In this document: positions 40,620 through 49,292 of the stretch, one piece after another | Numbering within the stretch: position 1 is the stretch's first letter | How the letters are laid out: the number at the start of each line of letters is the position of its first letter | Assembly (NCBI GenBank): GCA_003523055.1 | Contig: DPHC01000014.1 | Location: 60,312 to 124,311, forward strand | Origin: Dehalococcoidia bacterium | GTDB lineage: Bacteria > Chloroflexota > Dehalococcoidia > Lucifugimonadales > UBA3495 | Length of the DNA stretch: 64,000 bases | Direction: 5' to 3' | Translations under genes and position numbers: made by a program | Notes under the pieces: model-generated | Seen by the model: only the letters and a program-made list of their open reading frames with translations | The model's database searches: none | What the model was told of the DNA's origin: nothing

Positions 40620-41174
40620 ATGAAGTCATTCTTTTTAATAATTTTGTTAACGGTGTGTCTTTCTTGTTCTGTAAACCAAAGTAAAACAAACACATCGGAT
40701 ATTCTATCAAACGATTCAGATGAGGTAACCACTCAGTTCAATGAATCAGATATGATTATTGATAAAATAGATGATTTTTCTCTGATGTCAGCAACTGGAC
40801 AAATAGTGAATAAATCAGAAATGATGAATGAAGGACCGTTTTTTTTATTCTCAACCTCCGAATATTGAGGAACCTGTAAGCGCGAGTTACGCGCATTACA
40901 CCCTATTGCACAGACTTACCCTGGGGTAAAAATATATGTCATTTCCATGGATTCAAAGGAAAATCTAGGTAAAGCGGATCAAAAGAGGATTGAAAAAGGA
41001 TATACATGGGTGATGTATACCCCAGTAGCCAATGCTTTGGACGTTTTAAATATACATTCGAGATCGAACAAACTAGCTGTTAACGCCCAAGGTGAAGTTA
41101 TTTATAGAGATTCTATAGGTAAGGGTAACGCTGAAGAATGGGAAGAACTGTTTCTGAGGTTGAGCCGGTCGTAG
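40620..41174 (+). CDS. Secreted Trx-fold (TlpA/redoxin-like) selenoprotein; TGA at 40866-40868 read as selenocysteine (U83), giving the redox motif U-G-T-C
   Basis: The two ORF-track entries (40620..40868 and 40947..41174) are in the same frame and are separated by a single TGA plus 26 sense codons. The joined 184-aa product reads ...GPFFLFSTSEY-U-GTCKRELRALHPIAQTYPGVKIYVISMDSKEN...AVNAQGEVIYRD... This aligns with the FWxxWCxxC...V.V... layout of the Cys paralog at 7989..8552. A SECIS-like hairpin follows immediately, and selA is in the window. Confidence 0.7.
40875..40900 (+). promoter_or_regulatory. Putative bacterial SECIS hairpin
   Basis: The lower stem TGTAA (40875-40879) pairs with TTACA (40896-40900), with A40895 bulged. 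The upper stem GCGCG (40880-40884) pairs with CGCGC (40890-40894). The apical loop is AGUUA and contains GU. The stem begins 7 nt after the UGA, and the loop lies about 17-21 nt downstream of it. Confidence 0.55.
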
Positions 41175-41184
41175 AGGCTAGTTT

Positions 41185-42963
41185 TCAGGTTATTGTTTTA
41201 TGAGAGACTTCCAAATTGATCCTGTTGACTAAATTTTCTATTGGTATTGGACCAAGATTAGTACCATCACGTAACCTTACGGATACAGTTTTATCGGCTT
41301 CTTCGGAGTCTCCCATTACGATCATGTATGGGATTTTCTGCATTTGGGCGTCTCTTATTTTAGCGTTCATACGATCACGTCGTGAATCAACATTTGTTCT
41401 TACTCCTGCCAGTGTTAATTCATGTTTAACAGTTTCTGCGTAATCTAAATGTCTATCAGAAATTGGTATAATGATTGCTTGAACAGGCGAAAGCCAGACT
41501 GGGAATGCGCCGCCGTAATGCTCAATTAAAACTCCTATAAATCTTTCTATAGATCCAAATATAGCCCGGTGTATCATATAAGGTTGAGTCCTGTCACCAT
41601 TGTCATCTTGGTATACGAGTTTAAATCGTTCTGGTAAATTGAAGTCGAATTGGATAGTTGTGCACTGCCAGTCTCTGTCAAGTGCGTCTTTTATATTGAT
41701 ATCTATTTTGGGGCCATAAAATGCCCCTCCACCTCCATCAATGGTATAAGGTAGATTTCTAGATTCTATAGCTCTTTTTAATGAATTGGTAGAATGTTCC
41801 CACATTTCGACTTCACCGACTGATTTTTCTGGTTTTGTAGATAAGGCTATGGAATAATCCATGAACCCGAATGCCGACAATAGTTCGAACGTTAGGTCTA
41901 ACACTTTACCAATTTCATCTTCTATTTGGGATGGAGTGCAAAATATGTGAGCGTCATCTTGGGTAAATCCACGGACTCTCATTAAGCCATGTAAAACTCC
42001 GCTTCTTTCGTATCTGTAGACTGTACCTAACTCGGATAATTTGAGAGGCAATTCTCTATAACTTCTTAATGATGATTTATAAACCATGATGTGGAATGGG
42101 CAATTCATAGGTTTCAAATAATATTGTTGTTCATCAATTTCCATCGGGGCGTACATGTTTTCGTTGTAAAATCCTAAGTGCCCGCTGGTTTCCCATAAAT
42201 TAGCTTTCCCTATATGTGGTGAATATACAGGTTCATAATCATGATTAGTGTGCAAATCCCTCCAATATTGTTCTATGATAGCTCTCAGTCTAGCTCCTTT
42301 TGGATTCCATACAGTAAGTCCTGGTCCGATTTCTTCGTGTGTGGAATATAAATCGAGAGCTTTGCCAAGAGTCCTATGATCTCGTTTTTCTGCTTCAGAT
42401 AAGTTTGTTAAGTGTTGTTCTAGAGCTTCTTTATTTTCGAACGCTGTTCCGTATATTCTTTGTAACATTGTATTATTTTCGTTGCCGCGCCAGTACGCTC
42501 CAGCTATATTCAGTAATTTAAAGGCTTTTATGTCTTTAGTACTATGAACATGCGGACCTTGGCATAAGTCTTCAAATGTTCCGTGCGAAAAAGTAGATAT
42601 TGCTACTTCTGGGGACAAATTATCGATCAATTCAATTTTGTAAGGTTGGTTATCAAATTTTTCTAGAGCGGCATTTTTGGCAAGTTCTGTACGTTCAAAA
42701 GAATGATTGCTGGCAATGATTTTTTTCATTAAAGATTCAATGGTTTCTAAATCTTCGGGAGTAAACGGAACGCTTACTTCAAAATCATAATAGAAGCCAT
42801 CTTTTGTAGCAGGTCCTATCCCGATTTTGGCTTCCGGAAATAGTTGTAAAACAGCGTCTGCCATTACATGTGCAGCTGAATGCCGAATTTTTTGGCGGAG
42901 TATATCAATTGGATCCTCATCAGAATCTAAAGGTGAAAATTCCAATGTATTATTATCTAACAT
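41185..42963 (-). CDS. thrS: Threonine--tRNA ligase (no N-terminal TGS domain)
   Basis: 592 aa. It has an editing/SAD region (HSAAHVMADAV, GFYYDF), class II catalytic motifs (YLKPMNCPFH, FTQDDAHIF, GAFYGPKID) and an anticodon-binding C-terminus. Confidence 0.92.
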   Translation of the reverse strand: MLDNNTLEFSPLDSDEDPIDILRQKIRHSAAHVMADAVLQLFPEAKIGIGPATKDGFYYDFEVSVPFTPEDLETIESLMKKIIASNHSFERTELAKNAALEKFDNQPYKIELIDNLSPEVAISTFSHGTFEDLCQGPHVHSTKDIKAFKLLNIAGAYWRGNENNTMLQRIYGTAFENKEALEQHLTNLSEAEKRDHRTLGKALDLYSTHEEIGPGLTVWNPKGARLRAIIEQYWRDLHTNHDYEPVYSPHIGKANLWETSGHLGFYNENMYAPMEIDEQQYYLKPMNCPFHIMVYKSSLRSYRELPLKLSELGTVYRYERSGVLHGLMRVRGFTQDDAHIFCTPSQIEDEIGKVLDLTFELLSAFGFMDYSIALSTKPEKSVGEVEMWEHSTNSLKRAIESRNLPYTIDGGGGAFYGPKIDINIKDALDRDWQCTTIQFDFNLPERFKLVYQDDNGDRTQPYMIHRAIFGSIERFIGVLIEHYGGAFPVWLSPVQAIIIPISDRHLDYAETVKHELTLAGVRTNVDSRRDRMNAKIRDAQMQKIPYMIVMGDSEEADKTVSVRLRDGTNLGPIPIENLVNRINLEVSHKTIT

Positions 42964-43117
42964 TTCTCATGTCCGTATATTAGGATAACTCGATTATAAC
43001 CTAAATTATATGAATTAATTAGTAGCTTAAGTCTTAATTAGAATACAATTCGTGCCGTATTTAAGCAGAGATTGATGTGATATCCTATGAATATAACATA
43101 GTTAAGTCGGGGAATTG

Positions 43118-44222
43118 ATGGATGAATTGAAAGACAATTGCATACTACTGCAATCTAGAATTTTAGAAATAGTGGGGCGTCTTTGACGTAGAAAAAAAGC
43201 TAAAAAAAATTTCTGAAATCGAGCAGGAATCTTCAGCCAATGATTTTTGGCTTGATCACCCTACTGCTAACACTAAAATGCAAGAATTGGCTACTTTGAA
43301 AAACACTGTCAATTTCTGGACCGGTCTAAGTGCAAAACTAGAATCTTTGATTGAATTAATTGAATTAGCTTTATCTGAAAACGACTTTTCTATTTCCAGT
43401 GTGGTCGCATCAGATATTGAAGAAATAAAAAATAGCTTAGAACAAGAAGAATTTAAGCTATTATTGTCAGGAGTATACGATATCAGACCAGCGATTTTAT
43501 CAATTCATGCAGGAGCAGGCGGTACAGACTCGCAAGATTGGGCAGAAATGCTGTTTAAAATGTACTCTGGTTGGTGTCAACTTCATGCGAGACCGATCCA
43601 AATTTTAAATACTGCATACGGAGAAGATGCTGGATTCCGTTCTGTTACACTGCAGATAGGAGGGGATTTTGCATTTGGTTATCTGGAAAAAGAAAATGGA
43701 GTGCATAGATTAGTAAGGCAGTCTCCATTTGATCCAAGTAATGCAAGACATACATCATTTGCGGTGGTTGAGGTAATTCCAATGGCGTCTGAAAGCTCTG
43801 ACCCGCCCATTCGTGCAGAGGACATAAAAATGGATGCTTTTAGATCTAGCGGGCCTGGTGGTCAAAACGTTCAAAAAGTTGCTTCTGCTGTTAGATTAAC
43901 CCATTTACCCTCAGGTATTGTGGTGTCTTGCCAAACTGAAAGATCGCAATTTCAAAACCGTGAATATGCGATGCGTCTATTAAGTTCTAGATTATTGGCT
44001 TTAGAAAAAGAACGTAAAGAAAGAGAGCTTGCTGAACTCAGAGGCGAAAGGATTTCTCCAGAATGGGGAAATCAAATTAGAAGTTATGTGTTACATCCCT
44101 ATAAACAAGTGAAGGATCATCGTACCAATTTCACTAGCAGTGATCCAGTGACAGTTTTGGAAGGCCATATAGATGATTTTATAAAATCATCTATGGTCCA
44201 AATGTTAGGTGAAGCTTCCTAA
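43118..44222 (+). CDS. prfB: Peptide chain release factor 2, expressed by +1 programmed frameshift: join(43118..43183,43185..44222)
   Basis: Frame 0 reads MDELKDNCILLQSRILEIVGRL and then TGA. After a +1 slip at CTT TGA C, the reading continues DVEKKLKKISEIEQESSANDFWLDHPTANTKMQEL... and joins the 314-aa ORF-track entry in frame (43278-43185 = 93 nt). The SPF (RQSPFD) and GGQ (SGPGGQNVQKV) motifs are present. The total is about 367 aa, typical for RF2. Confidence 0.9.
43172..43187 (+). promoter_or_regulatory. RF2 autoregulatory +1 frameshift site (internal SD-like GUGGGG, then CUU UGA C)
   Basis: The sequence is GTGGGGCGTCTTTGAC. The G-rich SD-like element lies 3 nt upstream of the slippery CTT, followed by an in-frame TGA with a 3' C, matching the canonical prfB site. 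Confidence 0.85.
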
Positions 44223-44280
44223 AACTTTTTACAAATGTACCGTTTAAGAAACTGTTGACAGCGCTTTGTATGGCGCTACA

Positions 44281-45486
44281 TTACATGTCTAGAATGTGGC
44301 CCATTTTTTCTTTTTTAGTATCCAAATAAGGTAGATTTTCCTCGGTAATGGAGCCTTGTATTGGGATACGTTCCGTTACCTCGAGGTTGAAGCCGGATAA
44401 TCCAGCTATTTTTTGCGGGTTATTAGTCAATAATCTTAGTTTAGTGACATTCAAATCATAAAGAATTTGTGCGCCGATACCATAGTGTCTTAGATCACTG
44501 TCGAATCCTAGTTTTTTATTCGCTTCTATTGTATCTAACCCGGTATCTTGCAAAGAGTAAGCTTTAATTTTGTTATGAAGTCCAATGCCACGACCTTCTT
44601 GTCTCATGTATAAAAACACACCTCTGCCTTCTTTCCCAATTAATTCAAGAGATTTTTCAATTTGTTCACCACAGTCACAGCGTAAGCTGCCTAATGATTC
44701 TCCAGTCAAACAAGCGCTGTGCACTCTTGTGAGAATTTCATCTCCTGCTTCCCATTCTCCGATTGTTAAAGCCACATGTTCACCTGGTTCTACGGTACTC
44801 TCATATCCTATAATTTTGAATTCTCCATATTTGGTTGGCATTTTGGCTTCCGCTACTTTGTTAATGAGATTTTCAGTTCCTCTTCTGTAAGCTATTATTT
44901 GTGCGATGCTTAGAATTTTTATACCATGTTGTTCTGAAAATGTTTCCAAATCATTCATTCTGGACATTGTGCCATCTTCATTCATTATTTCGCATATCAT
45001 GCCAGCAGGGTACAACTTTGACAGCTTGCAAAGGTCTATTGTAGCTTCGGTATGCCCTGCCCGAGCTAATACTCCACCGGGGTTGGCTCGTAACGGGAAT
45101 AGATGACCTGGTTTAATAAAATCGGTTGAAACCGTATCAGAATCAATTAAAGCTTTAACTGTAGCAGCTCTATCCTGAGCTGATATACCTGTTTCGGTAT
45201 TGACTTTGTGGTCTACAGAGACAGTGAATGCAGTAGCTGCTGGCCCGTCCCATACATCTGGATTAGACATAAGTGGAAGGTTTAGCTCATCTAATCTAGC
45301 ACCTTCCATTGGGATACATACGAGCCCTCTAGCATGAGTTACCATAAAGTTTACTGCGGTGGAATTTACGAATTCAGCGGCCATTAATAAGTCGCCTTCG
45401 TTTTCTCTATTTTCGTCATCTACGACTATAAGCATTTTGCCGGCTTGTAAGTCTTTGATACCCTCTTCCATGCTACAAAGAGTCAT
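44281..45486 (-). CDS. ribBA: Bifunctional 3,4-dihydroxy-2-butanone-4-phosphate synthase / GTP cyclohydrolase II
   Basis: 401 aa. The N-terminal half matches RibB (VVDDENRENEGDL, HTEA) and the C-terminal half matches RibA (VHSACLTGESLGSLRCDCG, EGRGIGL). Confidence 0.9.
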   Translation of the reverse strand: MTLCSMEEGIKDLQAGKMLIVVDDENRENEGDLLMAAEFVNSTAVNFMVTHARGLVCIPMEGARLDELNLPLMSNPDVWDGPAATAFTVSVDHKVNTETGISAQDRAATVKALIDSDTVSTDFIKPGHLFPLRANPGGVLARAGHTEATIDLCKLSKLYPAGMICEIMNEDGTMSRMNDLETFSEQHGIKILSIAQIIAYRRGTENLINKVAEAKMPTKYGEFKIIGYESTVEPGEHVALTIGEWEAGDEILTRVHSACLTGESLGSLRCDCGEQIEKSLELIGKEGRGVFLYMRQEGRGIGLHNKIKAYSLQDTGLDTIEANKKLGFDSDLRHYGIGAQILYDLNVTKLRLLTNNPQKIAGLSGFNLEVTERIPIQGSITEENLPYLDTKKEKMGHILDM

Positions 45487-45500
45487 ATTATTCCTACCTT

Positions 45501-46070
45501 TTAAGTGGCATTCATTACATATTTAGCCAATATATCGACTTCTAAATTTACTGTTGTCCCAATCGTCAAAGAGTCTAAATTCGTATGAGTAAAACTATAT
45601 GGTATCACACAAATTGTAAAGGATGTAGGAGTGCATTTAGTCACGGTTAAGCTTATTCCATTTACTGCAACATAGCCTTTTTCAACGATAAATTTATTGT
45701 ATGAAGAAGGGTAATCTATTGTAATAAAAAACGAATCATCTTGTGCGGTTATAGAAGTGACGTTTCCGGTGGTATCTATATGCCCTTGGACATAGTGTCC
45801 ACCGAACCTGCTACTTACAGACATTGCTCTTTCTAAATTGATTTTATCGCCGTTTTTTAAAGCGTGTACATTTGTTCTTTCTAACGTTTCAGGGGACACA
45901 TCAACCGAAAAACCTTCTTTTGTGAATTTAGTGATAGTCAGGCAAATTCCGTTAGTAGATATACTGTCACCAACATGCGCATCGTCTAAAACCAATGAAC
46001 ATTGAATAACTAATTCGTTATCTTCCAATTGGTGTACTGTACCTACTTCTTCGATAATACCAGTAAACAT
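45501..46070 (-). CDS. ribE: Riboflavin synthase (alpha chain)
   Basis: 189 aa. It has the MFTGIIEEVG N-terminus and duplicated lumazine-binding repeats (NGICLTI, NGISLTV). Confidence 0.88.
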   Translation of the reverse strand: MFTGIIEEVGTVHQLEDNELVIQCSLVLDDAHVGDSISTNGICLTITKFTKEGFSVDVSPETLERTNVHALKNGDKINLERAMSVSSRFGGHYVQGHIDTTGNVTSITAQDDSFFITIDYPSSYNKFIVEKGYVAVNGISLTVTKCTPTSFTICVIPYSFTHTNLDSLTIGTTVNLEVDILAKYVMNAT

Positions 46071-46071
46071 C

Positions 46072-47169
46072 TCAAACCTTCTTTTTTCTGTTTTTTATAT
46101 ACCCAGCAACTAGAACATCATTTTCGTTTGTAGTGATATGTATGTTTTCTAATTTTATAGAATCTACCATAGACTGTGTTCCGAGTCCTCCAATAGGGCT
46201 TCTAGCGTTAGTTCCACCAATTATCATAGGAGCTATAAATGCGTATACTTTATCTACTAAATTGTTATCAAACATAGTCCCAAGTACTTGGCTGCCGCCT
46301 TCTATTAAGATATTTACAAAGCCAATTTCGGCTAGTTGATTTATTAATGAATGCGGATCTATTCTCCCATCCGACGCAGGGCTGCAAATAAGTATTTGTG
46401 TATCCCCAGGGAAGCAACGTGTGTTGCTTTGAACTGTTGTAGCTATTATAGTTCGCCCTGGTTGTTTGAAGAGGTTAGCGGTTGGTAACGTTCGTAATTT
46501 ACTGTCAAGTACGATTCTTGTAGGTTGACGGTCACTCCAAGCGATTCCGTTATCATCTCTTGCTGTTAATAATGGGTCGTCGGAATTAACTGTATTGATA
46601 CCTACGATGATTGCATCTGATTGACGGCGTATTTGGTGGACTATACGTCTGGAAATATCATTGCTTATCCATTTAGAATCTCCTGTTTCGGTGCAGATTT
46701 TCCCATCTAAAGTCATAGCGAATTTTGCTGTGAAAAAAGGTTCTCCAGTATTTATGAATTTTTTAAACCCTTCATACAATAAGCCGCAATTATTTGGCGA
46801 TGGCCATGGTAGTATTGCTATTCCGTTATTTTTTAGTTCTTGGACACCCTTACCTGAAACTAATGGATTTGGGTCTTCGCATCCTATGTAAACAGTTCGA
46901 ATGCCTGATTCGATTATGCGTTTAGTGCAAGGTCCTGTTCTGCCATAATGGCAACAAGGCTCAAGCGTTACATATAATTCACATTCGGAAAGATCTGCCA
47001 TAGCATTGTCAATGGCGACAACTTCAGCATGAGATCCTCCTACAGGTTGTGTAACTCCTTGGCTAACTACGGCTCCGTTTTTTGTTATAACTGCACCTAC
47101 CGAAGGGTTCGGACTCGTATTACCTAAGTTTTCTGAGGCTAGGCTTTCTGCTATTTTATTTGCTTCCAT
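46072..47169 (-). CDS. ribD: Bifunctional riboflavin biosynthesis protein RibD (pyrimidine deaminase / uracil reductase)
   Basis: 365 aa. It has the CMP/dCMP deaminase zinc motif (HAEV...LEPCCHYGRTGPC) and a RibD_C reductase domain (KFAMTLDGK, EGG). Confidence 0.9.
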   Translation of the reverse strand: MEANKIAESLASENLGNTSPNPSVGAVITKNGAVVSQGVTQPVGGSHAEVVAIDNAMADLSECELYVTLEPCCHYGRTGPCTKRIIESGIRTVYIGCEDPNPLVSGKGVQELKNNGIAILPWPSPNNCGLLYEGFKKFINTGEPFFTAKFAMTLDGKICTETGDSKWISNDISRRIVHQIRRQSDAIIVGINTVNSDDPLLTARDDNGIAWSDRQPTRIVLDSKLRTLPTANLFKQPGRTIIATTVQSNTRCFPGDTQILICSPASDGRIDPHSLINQLAEIGFVNILIEGGSQVLGTMFDNNLVDKVYAFIAPMIIGGTNARSPIGGLGTQSMVDSIKLENIHITTNENDVLVAGYIKNRKKKV

Positions 47170-47190
47170 GTATTAGCAACCTTGAATAAT

Positions 47191-47769
47191 TTAGGCCTGG
47201 TCATTTGAGAAATTTTCGTAATATTTACTAGGGGTCGGATCTACTTGACCTTGGTATTTACTTCCTAATCCTTCTGAGCCATATAATCTAGTCGCAGGGG
47301 TGGTTAATTCCAAAAACGAAATTTGGCCTATTTTCATACCATGAAACAATGTGATTGGTAAATTTGAGAGATTGCTTAATTCAAGAGTCAAATGTCCTTT
47401 CCATCCGGGATCTACAAAGCCTGCAGTTGAATGTATAACTAAACCTAGCCTTCCTAAGCTGCTCTTTCCTTCTAATCTAGCAACTAAAAAATCAGGTAAT
47501 TCTATATTTTCGGTGGTGCTTCCTAACACAAACTCTCCGGGGTGGAGTATAAATGGAGTTTGTTCATCTATGTTTACTACTTCGGTTAAGTCATCTAAGC
47601 TTTCACGTACATCAATATAAGGTCTTAGAGAATTACTAAACACTAAAACTTTATTATCAAAATGTAAGTCGACACTAGCAGGTTGTACATCATTGTCATC
47701 TAAAGGTGATATTACAATATGCCCTTGTTTTATATATTCTAGAATGGTGTTGTCGCTTAATACGCTCAT
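47191..47769 (-). CDS. dcd: dCTP deaminase
   Basis: 192 aa with the motifs GKSSLGRLGL, HSTAGFVDPGWKG and LTLEL. Confidence 0.88.
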   Translation of the reverse strand: MSVLSDNTILEYIKQGHIVISPLDDNDVQPASVDLHFDNKVLVFSNSLRPYIDVRESLDDLTEVVNIDEQTPFILHPGEFVLGSTTENIELPDFLVARLEGKSSLGRLGLVIHSTAGFVDPGWKGHLTLELSNLSNLPITLFHGMKIGQISFLELTTPATRLYGSEGLGSKYQGQVDPTPSKYYENFSNDQA

Positions 47770-47793
47770 GTTTTATCCTTATTCAGCTATTGC

Positions 47794-49035
47794 TTATCCT
47801 TTGAAATCTACTCTACCATTGATTAGAGCTCGAGACATTACATGTTTGTGAATTTCTGAAGTTCCACCACCTATACGTGCATGTCGAAGTAATCTATACC
47901 AGTGAGGTATGGGCATGTCTAACGTTTCTCCAAGTCCTCCGAATATTTGCATAATTTTATCGATGCTACGGCACCCCCATTCTCCTGCGCAATATTTTAT
48001 CATTGATGCTTCCACTCTCACGTCTTTCCCTTGGTCAGCTTGCAGGGCTGTTTCACGAGCTAATGATCTAAGGCTCATAATATCTATATATACATCTGAG
48101 ATCATCCATTGAATTGCTTGGCGTTCTGATATTGGTACACCGTATGTGATTCTTTGGTTTGCCCATTCTATAGCCATCTCCAAGGCTCTAGTTAGAATTC
48201 CGATGGCCATAGAGCCTCTAAGTAACCTGTCATGATGAACCAACCACTTTTGGCCTAGGTTGAATCCTTGCCCGATTTCCCCTAGTATTTTAGTTTGCGG
48301 AACCCGAACTCCATCTAAATGAACATAAAACTGCTGGGATTTTGTCGGAGTGATCCATATTTTTATTGGGTCGAATGATAGACCTTCGCTAGGATTATCA
48401 ACTATGAACATGGTTATACCGCCTCTTTGGCGTTTTGAATCATCTGTTACTGCTTGTACCAGCAGAAAATCTGCAGATGCTGCTCCTGAGATATACATTT
48501 TTGTCCCAGTTAATACCCATTCATCTCCATCTTTAATAGCTTTAGTCTGCATCATTCCGCCTGGGTCAGAACCAGCCTGGGGTTCAGTTTGGCAAAAAGC
48601 GTAATTTAAGTCTCCATTTATTGCAGGTATCACATATTGTGATTCCTGTTCAGACGAGCAGGAATCGAGCATCATCATTGGCACAGGAGAAGTAGGCAAT
48701 TGAACTATACTACGATGTATCTCTTCATCCATAACCACATGACCTAGAGCACCCATACCCCCACCACCATATTTTTCTGGTACAAACAAAGTATATATAC
48801 CTGTGTCTTTAGAAATTTTTTCTAGTTTATCCCATGTATTCTGAGGAAGAGTTCCAACCACACCTAGAACAGTTTCTGCGATTCCTTTCGGTCCACTGTC
48901 ATCTCCTTCTTGGGGGGGATTTGACAAGTATTCTGATTCAAGCGGGAAACATTCTTTTTCTACTATTTCTCGAATTGTTAATTTTAATGCTTCTAATTCT
49001 GGCGGAAGGCTTTGGCTTGGCATTATTCTCCTCAA
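47794..49035 (-). CDS. Acyl-CoA dehydrogenase family protein
   Basis: 413 aa with the motifs CQTEPQAGSD, GTKMYISGA and IFGGLG. The C-terminal helical domain is present. The start may be the internal MPSQSL. Confidence 0.82.
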   Translation of the reverse strand: MRRIMPSQSLPPELEALKLTIREIVEKECFPLESEYLSNPPQEGDDSGPKGIAETVLGVVGTLPQNTWDKLEKISKDTGIYTLFVPEKYGGGGMGALGHVVMDEEIHRSIVQLPTSPVPMMMLDSCSSEQESQYVIPAINGDLNYAFCQTEPQAGSDPGGMMQTKAIKDGDEWVLTGTKMYISGAASADFLLVQAVTDDSKRQRGGITMFIVDNPSEGLSFDPIKIWITPTKSQQFYVHLDGVRVPQTKILGEIGQGFNLGQKWLVHHDRLLRGSMAIGILTRALEMAIEWANQRITYGVPISERQAIQWMISDVYIDIMSLRSLARETALQADQGKDVRVEASMIKYCAGEWGCRSIDKIMQIFGGLGETLDMPIPHWYRLLRHARIGGGTSEIHKHVMSRALINGRVDFKG

Positions 49036-49100
49036 ACATCTAGCAGTATGCTATGATTTTTTTTAGTTTGTATGTTTAGATTCCTTAAGAAGTTGGTGGG

Positions 49101-49292
49101 TTAGTGGAATGGACAAACAAATAGAAAGGAAGATTGTAAGTAGGGATCATTTTCAAGGTTTTCAGAAATTTTGCTATATTTTAATTCTGGAGGCGTATCT
49201 GACATGGCAGCTGAGACAGATCCAAATATGGACATTCCGAGTGAAATTGTTAGTATTATACCTGTAGATATAGCTACGAAACGAATTTTCAT
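49101..49292 (-). CDS. Hypothetical small secreted or membrane-anchored protein
   Basis: 63 aa. It has an N-terminal signal/anchor (MKIRFVAISTGIILTISLGMSIFGSVSA) and no recognisable family. Confidence 0.3.
   Translation of the reverse strand: MKIRFVAISTGIILTISLGMSIFGSVSAAMSDTPPELKYSKISENLENDPYLQSSFLFVCPFH

Noticed and set aside
40620-41174. Treating 40620..40868 and 40947..41174 as two independent small genes, or as a pseudogene with a nonsense mutation
   Set aside because: The second ORF has no signal peptide and no sensible N-terminus of its own. The two are in the same frame with a single TGA between them, placed exactly at the catalytic CxxC position of a Trx fold. A SECIS-like hairpin follows and selA is present. 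Sec readthrough explains all of these observations better.
42964-43117. T-box leader upstream of thrS
   Set aside because: The divergent spacer is only 154 nt and must also hold the prfB promoter. I found no specifier-loop or T-box (AGGGUGGNACCGCG-like) sequence.
43278-44222. ORF-track ATG at 43278 as the start of prfB
   Set aside because: That start would remove about 53 N-terminal residues of RF2. The upstream CTT TGA C frameshift site and an in-frame +1 continuation restore a full-length protein.
44223-44280. Rho-independent terminator between prfB and ribBA
   Set aside because: Only a 5-bp AGCGC/GCGCT stem with an 8-nt loop is present, with no U-tract on either strand. This is too weak to call.
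47170-47190. FMN (RFN) riboswitch upstream of ribD
   Set aside because: The spacer is 21 nt, so the element cannot fit. This is reported instead as an observation about operon organisation.
49101-49292. Small ORF next to selA ending ...FLFVCPFH as a second selenoprotein candidate
   Set aside because: Its stop codon is TAA, not TGA. The downstream frame quickly hits further stops, and there is no hairpin.
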